Origin: Felis catus
Taxonomy: Eukaryota
Direction of reading: 5' to 3'
DNA length: 64,000 nucleotides
NCBI RefSeq assembly: GCF_018350175.1
Contig: NC_058368.1
Span: 153,576,001-153,640,000, forward strand
A model generated the notes under the pieces. The model worked only from the letters and a program-made list of their open reading frames with translations, was not told where the DNA came from and made no database searches. Of this stretch, positions 40,330 to 53,497 are shown in pieces. Every line of letters begins with the position of its first letter. The stretch's first letter is position 1. The position numbers were made by a program, and so were the translations under genes.

Positions 40330-40562
40330 TTTTTTTTATTTTTAGTTTTTTTTTTTTCTCAACGTTTATTTATTTTTGGGACAGAGAGGGACAGAGCATG
40401 AACGGGGGAGGGGCAGAGAGAGAGGGAGACACAGAATCGGAAACAGGCTCCAGGCTCTGAGCCATCAGCCCAGAGCCCGACTTGGGGCTCGAACTCACGG
40501 ACCGCGAGATTGTGACCTGGCTGAAGTCGGACGCTTAACCGACTGCGCCACCCAGGCGCCCC
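40330..40562 (-). mobile_element. Young SINEC_Fc
   Basis: Near-consensus reverse-complement SINE; TSD taaaccttttttttt. Confidence 0.97.
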
Positions 40563-40772
40563 TAAACCTTTTTTTTTAAAAATGTGTAAGTATGACACTG
40601 AGGCTTTTTTTTTCTTTTTAAAATACCTTCATGGTTCTTAGCTAGTTTTATCAAGAGTCTCAGAGTCATCATTAAAAGTCTCAGTTAAGGAAAGTCTCCT
40701 TGTAAAGATACACATTGAAGTAATAATAGCTTACTACTAACAACAAAAAAAGCATTTATTAAAAATGAAGGT

Positions 40773-40831
40773 GTCTCCAAATGTCCATCAACTGATGAAT
40801 GGATTAAGAAGATACTGTGTGTGTGTGTATG

Positions 40832-40893
<62 letters not shown>

Positions 40894-41222
40894 AAGGCAG
40901 TGAAAAAGAATGAAATCTTGCCATTTGCAACAGCATGGATGGAACAAGAGGGTAATATGCTTAGTGAAATAAGTCAGAGAAAGAAGATACCACATGATTT
41001 CACTCATATGTGGAATTTGAGAAACTTAACAGATGATCGTAGGGGGAAGGGAGGAAAAATAAGATAAAAACAGAGAAGGAGGAAAACCATAAGAGACTCT
41101 TAAGTACTGAGAACAAACTGAGGGTTGATGGGGGTGGGGAAAATGGGTGATGGGCATTAAGGAGGGCACTTGTTGGGATGAGCACTGGATGTCATATATA
41201 AGTGATGAATAAATTAAAAAAA
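40773..41222 (+). mobile_element. Carnivore/felid L1 3' end with expanded (TG)(TA)n(CA) microsatellite
   Basis: ccaaatgtccatcaactgatgaatgga...gatgggcattaaggagggcac; TSD aaaaatgaa(g/c)gtg. Confidence 0.93.
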
Positions 41223-41998
41223 TGAACGTGGCTTTTGTGGAATTTATTGTCATAAATATAGTTTTAAAATAAGTTGTATTCCTTAAGGCATTAATAGTGC
41301 TTGAGGTGAGTTCATTGTTTATCATTCGTAAGGGATCTTTGGTGAATTATTGTGCTAAATACCTGTTTCGATGGTGATCGTGGCTTGGCCTGGGGTCTGG
41401 TCTGCTTGCTTGCAGATTAACCAGTGTTCTTTGGTGTATGGGAAGAAAAACGTGAGATTGACTTTGGAATTGCGATCAATAGGTTTTGATCTTGGAATCC
41501 CTTATCTTTCTTTTTGTAAGTGATAACTGGCACAAGAAACATTTTCTCTCTATAAGAAGGACCTTAAAGGATTTGGAGCTAGAGAGAAGTAGATCTCTAA
41601 TCAGCCAATTTTGCTATGTAAGTAAAGGCTGCAAAGCAAGGCAAAGCAAAAAAAAAATGCAGCAGCATTCTTGTTTTAAAAGTTTAATACTTGGAGAATA
41701 GTGTAGGCAGGGCTCTTTTTTGAAGTCTCCAAAACAAAATAAAGCTTTCTTTTTAATGAACCCAGTCTTACATAACCAAGAGGTATGTCATCATTGCACC
41801 TTGGGGTACCTCCTGTGAAATAGATAACTTAGTTGGGGGTTAAATCTTCTAGGATGAAATCCTAATATAAGACTTACTGTCTAATATTTATTTAAAAAAG
41901 CTGAATGAAAAGATACAAATTTGAGGTAGAGCCATAGATTGCATGTGCAGGGTCAAATAACTTACAGGGCATCTCTGTATGGATCTACTTTCAAGAAA

Positions 41999-42110
41999 AT
42001 GGTTTCCCTTCCTCTCTTTTTCCCCCCTTCTCCTATGTTCATCCTGAAACCAATATTACACTGTATGTCAATCAACTAGACTTTAAATAAAAGCTTTAAA
42101 GAAAAAAAAA
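41999..42110 (+). mobile_element. Very short L1 3' end with inverted 5' segment
   Basis: 41999-42043 is antisense L1 3' UTR (cctatgttcatc); 42043-42110 is the sense L1 terminus plus A tail. Confidence 0.7.
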
Positions 42111-43167
42111 CGAATGGACAAAAAGAGAAAATTTACACTAGTACCTCATCCTTGTATTTGTACTTTGGCTAATTTTAAGTGTCCCTATATCTGTGTTATG
42201 AATATTAACTTTTTCTATTTTCTGTGTAATTGGTACTTGATTGTGCTCTACATTTTCATTTCTATCTTCTTCAGAACTATTTTCTTCCCTTGAGAAGGGG
42301 CTTCCCACTGGCTATTATTAAGGGAACATCCTGATTCTTCATAGATATCATAAACAATGATAATATTAAATAATAACATTCAAAATAATCTTATTCATGT
42401 AATAAAGTTTACCAACATGGAAGCCTTTTGACTACAACTCTAGTACTTCCTAGGTAACCTGGATCTTCAGTACAGCGAAGGATGCGCATTGATGTGGGCA
42501 TTTGTGGTTCAGTTGCAGATTGGTTAAATAAAGCTACAGTTTATTAATGTGTGCAGACAGTATGTCATTCACTTGGTGGACATGATACCGTTCCTCTTCA
42601 CAATGACCTGAAGAAGAAACTATTACACCTACAGTCTTCCATTTGCGGAGGGATAAATTAAGGCTATAGCTCAAAGATGTTGAGTAATTTTCCCAAGAAC
42701 ACAAAGCTAATAAGTGAGAAACCCAGGGCATAATTTTAGAATAATTCCCACTCTTAGTCATAGTATACTTGCTTCTCTTCACTTTTTATGATCAAGATGA
42801 ATGTTTGTTTCATAATAAGAGTTTATGTTTAAACTTTATGTTTTCTAATTCAGTGTCTAGTAGTGAAAATGTTACTGGGAAACAAGGTTGAAGAGTTTTT
42901 CCATTTCTCGATTTGGAATACGTTTGGCTTACTTAGACTTTTGGTCATGATCACAGTTTAGCTTCTTGTCTTATTTTAGTAGAAATGTTCTTTCTGTATC
43001 ATTCTCAGCTTTCAGTCTGTATCTTTTTAACAGAGAGTAGCTAAATGAGTAATCATTAGTAAATTTTTGATAATGTACTTCCAAATACTGGGAGAAAATT
43101 CATTACAGAATTCTAATATGTTAATTTGACATTTATTTTGTTTTTCTTTAAAAACTTAAAAGTGATG

Positions 43168-43365
43168 AGGAGCCTGGGTAGCTCAGTCAGTTAAGCATAT
43201 GACTCTTGGTTTCTGCTCAATCATGATCTCACAGTTTGTGAGTTCGAGCCCTGCATTGGGCTTTGTGCTGACAGTGTGGAACCTGCTTGGGATTCTCTTT
43301 CTTTCTCTCTCTGCCCCTCCCCAGCTCTCTCTCTCTCTCTTAAAATAAATAAATTAAAAAAAACA
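43168..43365 (+). mobile_element. SINEC
   Basis: SINE head, CT tract, A tail; TSD ttaaaagtgat. Confidence 0.94.
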
Positions 43366-43589
43366 TTAAAAGTGATTTTTTTAATGTAAAAAATGAAAGT
43401 GAACTTATTTGGTTTGAATAATGGTATATGCTTTGAAGATAAAGGTAGGAAAAGTAATGGATCTACAGTGAAAACTGGTACTTTTTAAAAAAAATTGATA
43501 CTTTATGCTTGGGTATACTTGCCTAGGCCTTGTTTGTTTTCTTGTCTATCATTTGTCATTTAGATAAAAGTTCAAGGTATTGATTTTTT

Positions 43590-43661
43590 TAATTTTTTAA
43601 AAAAATGTTTTTAATGCTTATTTATTTTTGAGAGAGAGAGGCAGAGCATGAAAAGGGGAGT

Positions 43662-43697
<36 letters not shown>

Positions 43698-43823
43698 CCA
43701 AAGCAGGCTCCAGGCTCTGTGCTGTCAGCACAGAGCTCGACATGGGGCTAGAACTCAGGAACTGTGAGATCATGACCTGAGCCAAAGTCGGATGCTTAAC
43801 CAACTGAGCCACCCAGGTACCCC
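43590..43823 (-). mobile_element. SINEC
   Basis: Reverse-complement SINE; TSD aaggtattgatttt. Confidence 0.95.
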
Positions 43824-45515
43824 AAGGTATTGATTTTCTTAAATTAAAAAATATATTTGCATTATTTTTTCCCCCAAATTTTACCACTTAAGCAACATAT
43901 CACAATGGTTATCTGTCATTTCACTCACAGGAGAAAAAGGTTGTTAATGTTAATTAATTCAACAACTGAGCAGTTACTACTAATTTTTAGATGTGGATCT
44001 TGCAATGGGAACACAATCGTGAAACAAATAGATAAAAAAGTCCTGCTCTCAAGGAAATTTGTATGACATAAATAATACTGAGAAGTAAAATACATATGAT
44101 ACCATGTATTAGTAGTAAGAGCGCTAAGAAAATAATGAAGCAAAGGGGATCAGGGTATATTGGGAATGGTCAGTTGTAGATACGCTAACCAAAGAGTGCC
44201 TAATTGAGATGGTGTCAATGAAGTAAAGACTAGAAAGAGGTGAGGTAGCAAATCAAAATTTTAAATTATTTGTCCTGTAAAATGTATTTTATAAGTTAAT
44301 GTAGGTGGCTTGTTGTTTACTTGGCATTATATAACTGTTACATTGATATCAGGGTTTAAGTGGCTTGCTATCAGCCCAATTTTAATATTTTTTAAAGCTA
44401 TACTCTTATATGTGTGTATGTTCTTTTAGGCTCCCTTGTCCTTTTACTGATGCCTAGAAAATTCAGAGGCAGTTGGTTAATTTTTTTAAGAAAAGTAGTA
44501 TCCTTGTCATTCAACTGGTTGGCTGCAGATTATTGAAATAGAAGACAGAATCCGGATTATAGTTTTCTTATTAAAGAAATGCATAATGCCAAAAGACTAG
44601 AGAACTCTCCTCTTCCCCATGGGAGACCATCCTTGAATATCATCTCCTTACCACACTCAACTCAAAGTCTAAAAGTTGTAGGTGATGAGCGTTGGTCATG
44701 ATAAGATTTTCCATGATTGAGCTACTTAAAACCAAAACTTACCCTGTTCCCTGCATGCCCAGTGCACAATGGTAAAGAAAAATCACATCTGAAATTTGAT
44801 TGAAAACACTTTAAGAATCATTCTATGTTTATGTGTGTGTCACTTTTAATATATGTTCTATGGAGTGATTGGTTAACAATGGCAGCACTTTAGTTGGCAT
44901 TGCATCTACTAGAGCTCACCCTACCCTTGCAGCTACAACCATCCCTTCAATTATCTTGATATCATCACCAACAAAGGATTTATTAATTAAGATAATCCAC
45001 TTTAGAAATGATTACTCCTTCATGAAATAAGTAATGTTTAAGATACATGTACTGTCTAAAAATGCTACATGCTCCTTTGAACCTTCGCATGAATAGGGTA
45101 TAAGAATCTAGTGACTTCTATAGCCTGGGCTTTTGTAGAGTTCTGTATTGAAACACATGTGGAGAGGCTCTTTGAGTTAATCCAACTCTGTAAGATGAAT
45201 CCTACAGCTAGAATATCCATTTGTCTTCAATAATTCTTCCATGCATGGTATGGTTAGAGTGAATAAAAGGGGCAGGAACTGAAAATTCATTGCATTTATA
45301 GAAAACATTATATAGTCACATAATAAAAGTCACATGTGGCAGATTTGATTTCAGTGTGAGAAAGTTGTAGGAAGTGAGCATTTAGGTTACACTTCTCTGT
45401 AACTTTGGGAAGCCAATACATAGGAAAAAGAATAACATAATTGTGGATATCTGAGTTGGTTTAGGTCAGGTCACAATGACTACACTGAAAAGTCTCATCT
45501 GAAAGGGGGAGAAGG

Positions 45516-45730
45516 GGGGCGCCTGGGTGGCGCAGTCGGTTAAGCGTCCGACTTCAGCCAGGTCACGATCTCGCGGTCTGTGAGTTCGAGCCCCGCGTCG
45601 GGCTCTGGGCTGATGGCTCGGAGCCTGGAGCCTGTTTCCTATTCTGTGTCACCCTCTCTCTCTGCCCCTCGCCCGTTCATGCTGTCTCTCTCTGTCCCAA
45701 AAATAAATAAACGTTGAAAAAAAAAAAAAG
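45516..45730 (+). mobile_element. Young SINEC_Fc
   Basis: Near-consensus; TSD tgaaagggggagaagg at 45500-45515 and 45736-45751. Confidence 0.97.
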
Positions 45731-47060
45731 ATTCATGAAAGGGGGAGAAGGGACATACGGCAGTCATGTGGTTTATAGCAATAACTGAGTCTCAATGGTA
45801 GGAGTAGTGGGGCTTCCTGTCCTGCTCTTCTCTCTGTGAGGAACTTTCATGCCCATTGTCATGATGGCCACGTCTCATCTGGGCTTTGGACAGTGTGACC
45901 CGCTGGCGGTCGTGCACCTTTCCTCCCACTTTCTATGGTGCAGATGTGGAGGCCTGGGGGGTTCCATTGCAGAGTGCACAGTCACAGGTGGTTCTTTGCT
46001 AGCTTGCTCAATAGTTCATTTCCCTACACACTTTAGTAAAAATTTTGTCTGTTTTTACCTGTGAAAAAACACATGTAAAGATCTTGCCTAAATGGAACCT
46101 TAAACCTGATATTTTTGACTCCTGAAAATGGTCTGTGCTCTTACTTTCTTTTTTCCTATAAAGGGCCATAATTTTGAAGCCAGTTGGAACATAGGTTGCT
46201 GCAGGAAGGCCCTGTGTCATCTTCTCTGGAATACTCTTGCTGCCATTGTACAGCAAAACACTCTTAAGGAAATGTGCTGCTTGACAAAGTTTAGGATGTA
46301 ATTTTATCTATTTCTAAGCCACCATTGTTTTGAATAATCCTTTTATTTTAGAATAATTTTAGATTTATTGAGAAATTCTGGAAAAAGTACAAGTAATTCT
46401 CATAAACCAGTACCCAGGTTGCCCTATTATTAACTTCTTAGGTTAGCATGATCCATTTGTTATAATTAATGAGCTAATATTGATACATTATTAGTAATTA
46501 AAGTGCATACTTCATTCACATTTCCTTTTTCTGTTTCAGGGTCTCATTTGGGACACCACCATCCCCCTTAATCCTCGTGTTTCCTAGTCTCCTTATGGCT
46601 ATGATAGTTTCTCACTCTTCCTTAGTTCTTGACGACTTTGGCAGCTTGGAGGAGTGCTAGTTAGGTATTTTGTGGAAAGTCTCTCAACTGATAGTTTTTT
46701 GACATTTCTCTCATGATTAGACTGGTGTTATGCATTTTGGAGAGACAGATAACAGAGGTAAAAACCTGTTTTCATCACATCATAGGAAGAGTAAAACAAG
46801 TTACTATTGTTAAAGTTAACCCAAGCTCCTCGGCTATGGTGGTGGTTGTTAGAATTCTCCACTGTAAACTACATTTCCTGTTACTGTACTCTTTAGAAAG
46901 AAGCTACTATGCACAACCCACACTTCAGCAGTGTAAAGTTCTGTTCTACCTTTTTGATGGTGAAGTATTTACATAAATTATTTGGAATTTTGTGCATTGG
47001 AGTTTGTCTCCTCTCACCTATTTATTAAACTGGATCATTTACTTATGTGTATTTTATTTT

Positions 47061-47115
<55 letters not shown>

Positions 47116-47160
47116 TTGAGGCACTTAAATTGTTCCAGCTTGGCCATTGGGAACTCTAGA

Positions 47161-47208
47161 CTTACCTTGTGTATTTCTTACCTTGTGTATTTCTTACCTT
47201 GTGTATTT
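47161..47208. repeat. 16-bp tandem repeat, three copies
   Basis: (cttaccttgtgtattt)x3. Confidence 0.95.
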
Positions 47209-48296
47209 CTAGTCCTAAACATTGCCTTTTCTCCAAGGAGCCATCTGCATCTATATTTAGCTAAATATGAGTTTATACTGATGTCTGCATTTTTATAATC
47301 TATTGTAAATGCAGTTTTCCAGCGTCTTCCCCTTGTTTATGTGTAAGTCTCACTACTCCACTGAGAAGCCTAGCTTCCCCCATCCACCTTCCATTTACTT
47401 AGTTGTTCAATTCTAGTATACACTTATGGACATAGCAGAGTTTTAAATGCATGCCATCTTAGGAAAGAACCTTATCAACCAGAGGATGGTGTTTGTGTGT
47501 AGTTTCTTGTATGTTTTAGTCTTAAAGACTCTACTCATTTCCAAGGTGACATTGTATATATTGATAATATGGCTGGATCTTTTTGTACATTCTGTGTTCC
47601 ATCCCCTGACCTCTTAAGTGTTTTTAAAAAATTGTATACATTAGGATTTGTTCTTTGTGTTACACATTCTATGAGTTTTGACAAACGGATAGATTATGGT
47701 CACGTATCCACCATTAAAGTATTGTACAGAATAGTTTCACTGCTCTAGAAAACCCTCTGTGGTTCACCTATTCAATCCTCCCCTCCCCAAACTCTGAAAT
47801 CATAGATGGATTTTTTTTTTACTAATTCTATAGTTCCTCTCTTCCAGAATTTCATAGAATTGAAATCAGACTGGCTTCTTTCACTTACCAATATATGTTT
47901 AGGATCCACCTGCATGCTTTTTGTGGCTTGATAGCTCACTTCTTTTACTAAATAATATTCCATTGTAGTTATGCACCATAGTTTATCTGTTCACCTGTTG
48001 AAGGTCATCTTAGTTTCTCCCAGTTTTTAACAATTGTGAATACAGCTGCTATCAATGTTTGTGTGCAAGTTTTATGTGGACATATGTGGCCATTTTTAGT
48101 TTTAATAAAATAAAACATCAGTTTTTTCTTTCATGGATTATGTTTTTGTTGTTATATCTAGAAACTCATGAACCTGGAGGTCATGTAGATTTTCTACTAT
48201 GTTCGAGAAATTTTATAACATATTTTAAATTTAGCTCTGTGACTATTTTGAATTAATTTTGCAAAAGATGTAAGATCTATGTCTAGGCTGGCTGGC

Positions 48297-48339
<43 letters not shown>

Positions 48340-49097
48340 TTTGTAGTTGGACATCTAATTGTTCCCATGTCATTTGTTGAAAAAGATTGTCCTTTTTCCA
48401 TTGAATTTTATCTGTTTCTTTGTCAAAGATCTGTCGACTGTATAGGTTTGTTTATGGGTTCTCTGTACTATTTTATTGATTCATGTGTCCATTTTTGGCC
48501 AATTCCATAATATATTGGCTTATCACAACTTAAGTAAGTCTTGAAAGTGGGTAGTGTGAGTCTTTCATTTTGTTCCTCTTAAGTATTATGTTAATTAATA
48601 TAGGTCTTTTCCTTTCTATATAAACTTTAGAACCTTTAATAGATATCCACAAAAAAACTTGCTTGGATTTTTCTTGGGATTGTGTTGAGGCTATAGATCA
48701 AGTTGGAAGGAATGGACAAATTAGTAACATTATCTTCCGATACATGAACATGAACTATCTCTTCATTTATTAAGATATTATTGGGTTCCATTCATAAGAT
48801 TTCATCCATTCACAAGATTACATCTTGTCATTAGATTTACACTTAAGTGTCTTGTTTAGTTATTTATTTTGGTGCTAATGTAATGGTACTGTGCTTTCAA
48901 TTTCAGGTCCCAGTTCACTGCTAGTATATAAGAAAGCATTTGACTTTTGTATATTAGCTTTGTATCCTTCAACCTTTCTATAATCATTAATTAGTTCCAG
49001 GAGTTTTTCTGTTGATTCTCTGGGATTTTCTCTGCAGACAATCATGTCATCTATGAACAAAGACAGCTTTATTTCTTCCTTTCCAATCTGTGTACTG

Positions 49098-49244
49098 TCT
49101 TTTTCTTTTTCTTTTCTTTTCTTTTCTTTTCTTTTCTTTTCTTTTCTTTTTTCTTTTCTTTTTTCTTTTCTTTTTTCTTTTCTTTTTTCTTTTCTCTTTT
49201 CTTTTCTTCTTTCTTTCTCTTTCTTTCTTTGTTTCTTTCTTTCT

Positions 49245-49294
<50 letters not shown>
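49098..49294. repeat. Compound (TTTTC)n/(TTTC)n polypyrimidine repeat
   Basis: About 200 bp of almost pure T/C inside the L1 ORF2 remnant. Confidence 0.97.
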
Positions 49295-49295
<1 letters not shown>

Positions 49296-50314
49296 GCATT
49301 AGCTAGGATTTCTAATACACTATTGAATAGAAATGGTGGTAGTGGCATCCTTGCCTTGTTTCTGATCTTAGAGGAAACATCTCATTTTCACCATGAAGTA
49401 TGATGCTAGCTGTAGGCTAATTATAGATGCTCTTTATCAAGTTGAAGAAGTTCCCTTCTCTTGCTAGTTTGCTGAGGGTTTTTATCATGAGGCTTTTTGT
49501 TTCCCTCATAGGTGAGGCAGGAACATTAGAGGGGGCTGAAATGGGAGAAACACCCTTCCACTCTGCTGAGATGAACTCAAGTAAGGTCTGTTATCTTGGA
49601 AAGGAGGTCTTTGTTATATAGAATGCTTTGGGCATATTTCACAGTAATTAATCATTTCTCCTTCTGCCACAATTATGAGAGGATTTTTCTTGGATTTTCA
49701 CTGTGAGAACCTAGTGGGGTTCACAAAATTCACAGAACTCTGGGGGCTCCATCCAGACTGTGGCCCCCAAGGAGTTTCTCACTTTTATGCTAGTCCACAC
49801 TCAGACTCCAGTAATTAATCAAAATTACCATTTAAGAGTTCTTACCAGTTTATACTTCAGTGGTTCTATCACAAGTAGGCAGATCTTCTATAACTTTCTG
49901 GATTTTCCTCCACAGATATTGGAGTGGCAGTTTTCCCTACAATTTCAGTTCTCTGATGGGTCTAAAAAAAAGTCATTGACCGGAAGTCCAAGCACGATAT
50001 TTTTAATTGTTTTTATTTGGACTATAGAAACAATTAGTACATATCCACAGTAAAGAACATTCAATCTATTTAGATGTTGCCACAGAAACTGGTACTATCT
50101 TTCAAATCTAAGAAAATAGGAAAACCCATGATCCCTTCATAATGAGGATTAGCATAATGTAGGTTCTAAGGTCCTAGGATGCAGCAAAACGGTTCAAATT
50201 TTGTTGCTACCCTATTGTAACTGTTGGACCTATGACTTTTCAATAATTTCTATGGTTCTGATTTTGTTGTTGTTGTTGACCATAAATTATGTTCAGATAA
50301 CATGTATTTACTCT

Positions 50315-50540
50315 TTTTTTTTTAAATTTATTTTTTTCAACGTTTATTTATTTTTGGGACAGAGAGAGACAGAGCATGAATGGGGGAGGGGCAGAGAGAG
50401 AGGGAGACACAGAATCGGAAACAGGCTCCAGGCTCTGAGCCATCAGCCTAGAGCCTGACGCGGGGCTCGAACTCACGGACCGCGAGATCGTGACCTGGCT
50501 GAAGTTGGACGCTTAACCGACTGCGCCACCCAGGCGCCCC
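50315..50540 (-). mobile_element. Young SINEC_Fc
   Basis: Near-consensus; TSD aacatgtatttactcttt. Confidence 0.97.
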
Positions 50541-50631
50541 AACATGTATTTACTCTTTAAGTACTTTGGTGCTTGTTTGTAGGGTACCACGTTAGATGTT
50601 AGGGAAAGAGGAGTCATTAAAACCTCAGCTA

Positions 50632-50812
50632 GGGGGCTCCTAGGTGGCTCAGTCGGTTAAGTTATGCAGTTTGTGAGTTTGAGCCCTGTGTTGGGCTCCA
50701 TGCTGACAAGTGTGGAGCATGCTTGGTATTCTCTCTCTCTTCCCCTTTCTTTCTGCCCCTCCCCTGTTTGTGCTCTCAGTCTCTCTCAAAATAAATAAAC
50801 TTAAAAAGTTAA
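50632..50812 (+). mobile_element. SINEC with internal deletion
   Basis: Head jumps from ggttaag to gcagtttgtgag, lacking the ggtcatgatctc segment. Confidence 0.88.
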
Positions 50813-50974
50813 AAACATGTGCCAGATATGAATTTGCCATTAGCCTTAGATTATAACACTGAAGATGAAATAAATGTTGCAAAGTGGAACAGATAAAGCA
50901 TCGTTCAGAAGGTCACTATTAACCATTAAGAATTGGGAATACAAGCATGGAAGAGGTGTCATTTGAATTCATTA

Positions 50975-51170
50975 ATTTTTAAAAAATGTTCATTTATTTA
51001 TTTTGAGAGTGTACACGAGCAGGGGGAGGGTCAGAGAGATAGGGAAAGAGAGAACCAAACAGGAGCCATGCTCAGCATGGAACCTGATGCGGGGCTCAAT
51101 CTCATGACTGTGGGATCATGACCTGAGCAAGAGTCAAATGCTTAAACAATGGAGTCACTCAGGTGCCCCT
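50975..51170 (-). mobile_element. Older SINEC
   Basis: Diverged reverse-complement SINE. Confidence 0.88.
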
Positions 51171-51437
51171 TAATTAATTCTTGAAGAGTAGATTTGGGGC
51201 ACATTAGAGTAGGAATAATGGGCATGGCAGGCAGAGGCATTTGAATGAGCAAAAGGTATATATAATAGAGGCAAGTTTAATTTAGTTAAAGAATGAGTGG
51301 AATGGAAAAAAAAAAGAATAAACTACTGATCATCTACTATGTGTGAAGAAATACCCTTTTAAAAATGAATTTCATGTAATAATAAAAAGTCTTTCAAAAT
51401 TGGTAGTATAAGCTCCATTTAAAAAGTAAAAGACTTC

Positions 51438-51645
51438 AGGGCACCTGGGTGGCTCAGTTGGTTGAGTGTTTGACTCTTGATTTCAGCTCAGGCCATGATC
51501 TCACGATTTGTGAGATCAAGCCCCATGTTGGGCTCTGGGCTGACACTGTGGAACCTACTTGGGTTCTCTCTCCCTCTCTTTCTCCCTCTCTCTGAACCTT
51601 CCCCACTCATATGCATGTGCTCTCTCAAAATAATAATAATAAAAA
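51438..51645 (+). mobile_element. SINEC
   Basis: TSD aaaaagtaaaagactt. Confidence 0.94.
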
Positions 51646-52016
51646 AAGTAAAAGACTTTATTATTTTTTTGTGTGGTTAATCTGAACTGCATACAGCTAA
51701 TAACTGACACAGGTCATTGGTCAAACAAATTCCCTTTTATAGTCCTAATTAAACTTTGATGAATCTATATATTTATAGGTAATATTACCGTGTACTATAT
51801 ACTCAAAATATAATGGCATAGAATGCAAATCAAATGTCTTTTTTCTATCACCAAATATTGTTTTTAGTATTTTGATGTTATAAGCCTAGAATTATATCAG
51901 AAAACAAAGTTGAAAAAGTCTCTGTTTTCCCATTTATGTTATTTCCCCGTAATGCTGTTTGTACACTCCTTCACGAAGCAGAGGGGAATGGAAATCCTAT
52001 TAGAAAGTAATATTGT

Positions 52017-52252
52017 GGGGGTGCCTGGGTGGCTTAGTTGGTTGAGCGCCCAACTTCAGCTCAGGTCATGATCTCACGGTTCGTGGGTTCGAGCCCCGCA
52101 TCAGGCTCTGTGCTGACAGTTCAGAGCCTGGAGCCTGCTTCAGATTCTGTGTCTTCCTCTCTCTCTCTCTCTCTCTCTGCCCCTCCCCTGCTCATACTCT
52201 GTCAATATCTCTCTCTCAAAAAAAATAAACATTAAAAATATTTTTTTTAAAA
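52017..52252 (+). mobile_element. SINEC
   Basis: SINE head, CT tract, A tail; TSD taatattgtg. Confidence 0.95.
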
Positions 52253-52380
52253 AGGAAATAATATTGTGATGAGAAGTGAGAATGTGAGCAAATTTGAACA
52301 TCAGGCTAAGGAATTGAGGCATCATTCAATAATTTTTTTCTTGGGTTTATTTCTACTTGACCTCTTAAAAATATGTTAGT

Positions 52381-52835
52381 TGACTGATGAATGGATAAAG
52401 AATATGTGATACACACACACACACAATGGAATATTACTCAGCCATAAAAAGAATGAAATCTTGCCATTTGAAGTAACATGGATGGAGCTAGAGGGTATTA
52501 TGCTAAGTGGAATAAGTTAGTGAAAGAAAGACAAATACCATATGATTTCACTCATGTGGAATGTTAAGAAACAAAACAGATGAACATAGGGGAAAAAAGG
52601 CAAACCATGAAAATGACTCTTAAGTATAGAGAACAAACAGGGTTGGTGGAGGAGAGGTGGGCAGGGGATGGGTTCAATAGGTGATGGGTATTAAGGAGGG
52701 CACTTGTGATGAGCACCAGTAAGGGTATGTATGTATGTAAGTGATGAATCACTGAATTCTATGCCTGAAACTAATATACTTTATGTTAACTAGCTGGAAT
52801 TTAAATAAAAACTTGAAACCACAAAAAATAATAAA
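52381..52835 (+). mobile_element. Carnivore L1 3' end
   Basis: actgatgaatggataaag...aatggaatattactcagccataaaa...; TSD atatgttagt. Confidence 0.93.
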
Positions 52836-53410
52836 ACATATGTTAGTCGGAGGTTTATTTTGTTGTCAACATGGGTCTTTGAAAGTTTTTTGGACAGTGA
52901 ATAGAGTTCAGACCTGTATTTGACACAAATTCATTGGGCAAAAATGAAGAGGTAAATACTGGGAATGGAAATGAAGGAGGTAGGGGACCAATTAGGAAGC
53001 AACTGAAAGAAAACACACAAGAGGAAATAATGGACTGCATAAGGGTAGAGATTGTAGAAGTAAAGGGGGAGTGAAGGATGCAGTCAAACTTGGCAAGGGC
53101 TGGATGTCATGGACAGGAAAATGGGATGTCTCTAGTAAAAGTTTTGAGCCTGTTACTAGGAAAGTATTAGTACCAGCCTTTCGACTAGAAATAAGCTTGG
53201 AAAGACAGTGAGCTCTTTTCCAGACATGATAGTTTTGGAATTCTGATAGAGCACCCAGATTGTTTTCCCGGGAGGAAGTGGGCAGTTGAGACTAGAACTC
53301 TGGAGAGAGCTTGGTGTCGTAACTATATGTGTGTGAATCAAATGTTATAGGTGATGATCGAGCTCAAAGAATAAAACGGTGTGCATGCATGCACATGTAC
53401 ACGCACATGT

Positions 53411-53413
<3 letters not shown>

Positions 53414-53494
<81 letters not shown>
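53414..53494. repeat. Compound (GT)n(GA)n microsatellite
   Basis: Seen directly. Confidence 0.98.

Positions 53495-53497
<3 letters not shown>

Larger units (their letters stand above)
46340..49495 (-). mobile_element. Old L1 (L1MC-like) 3' region plus ORF2 reverse-transcriptase remnant
   Basis: 48875-49348 translates to [12 protein letters not shown]...[18 protein letters not shown]...[19 protein letters not shown] (L1 RT FADD motif region); internal (ATTT)n tracts. Confidence 0.92.

Noticed and set aside
40685..41067. YIYIYI and VCVC/ERER ORFs (also 53345-53632)
   Set aside because: Microsatellite translations.
48875..49403. 157-aa K/E/R-rich ORF and F/S/L-rich opposite-strand ORFs
   Set aside because: Dead L1 ORF2 fragment inflated by a (TTTC)n repeat.
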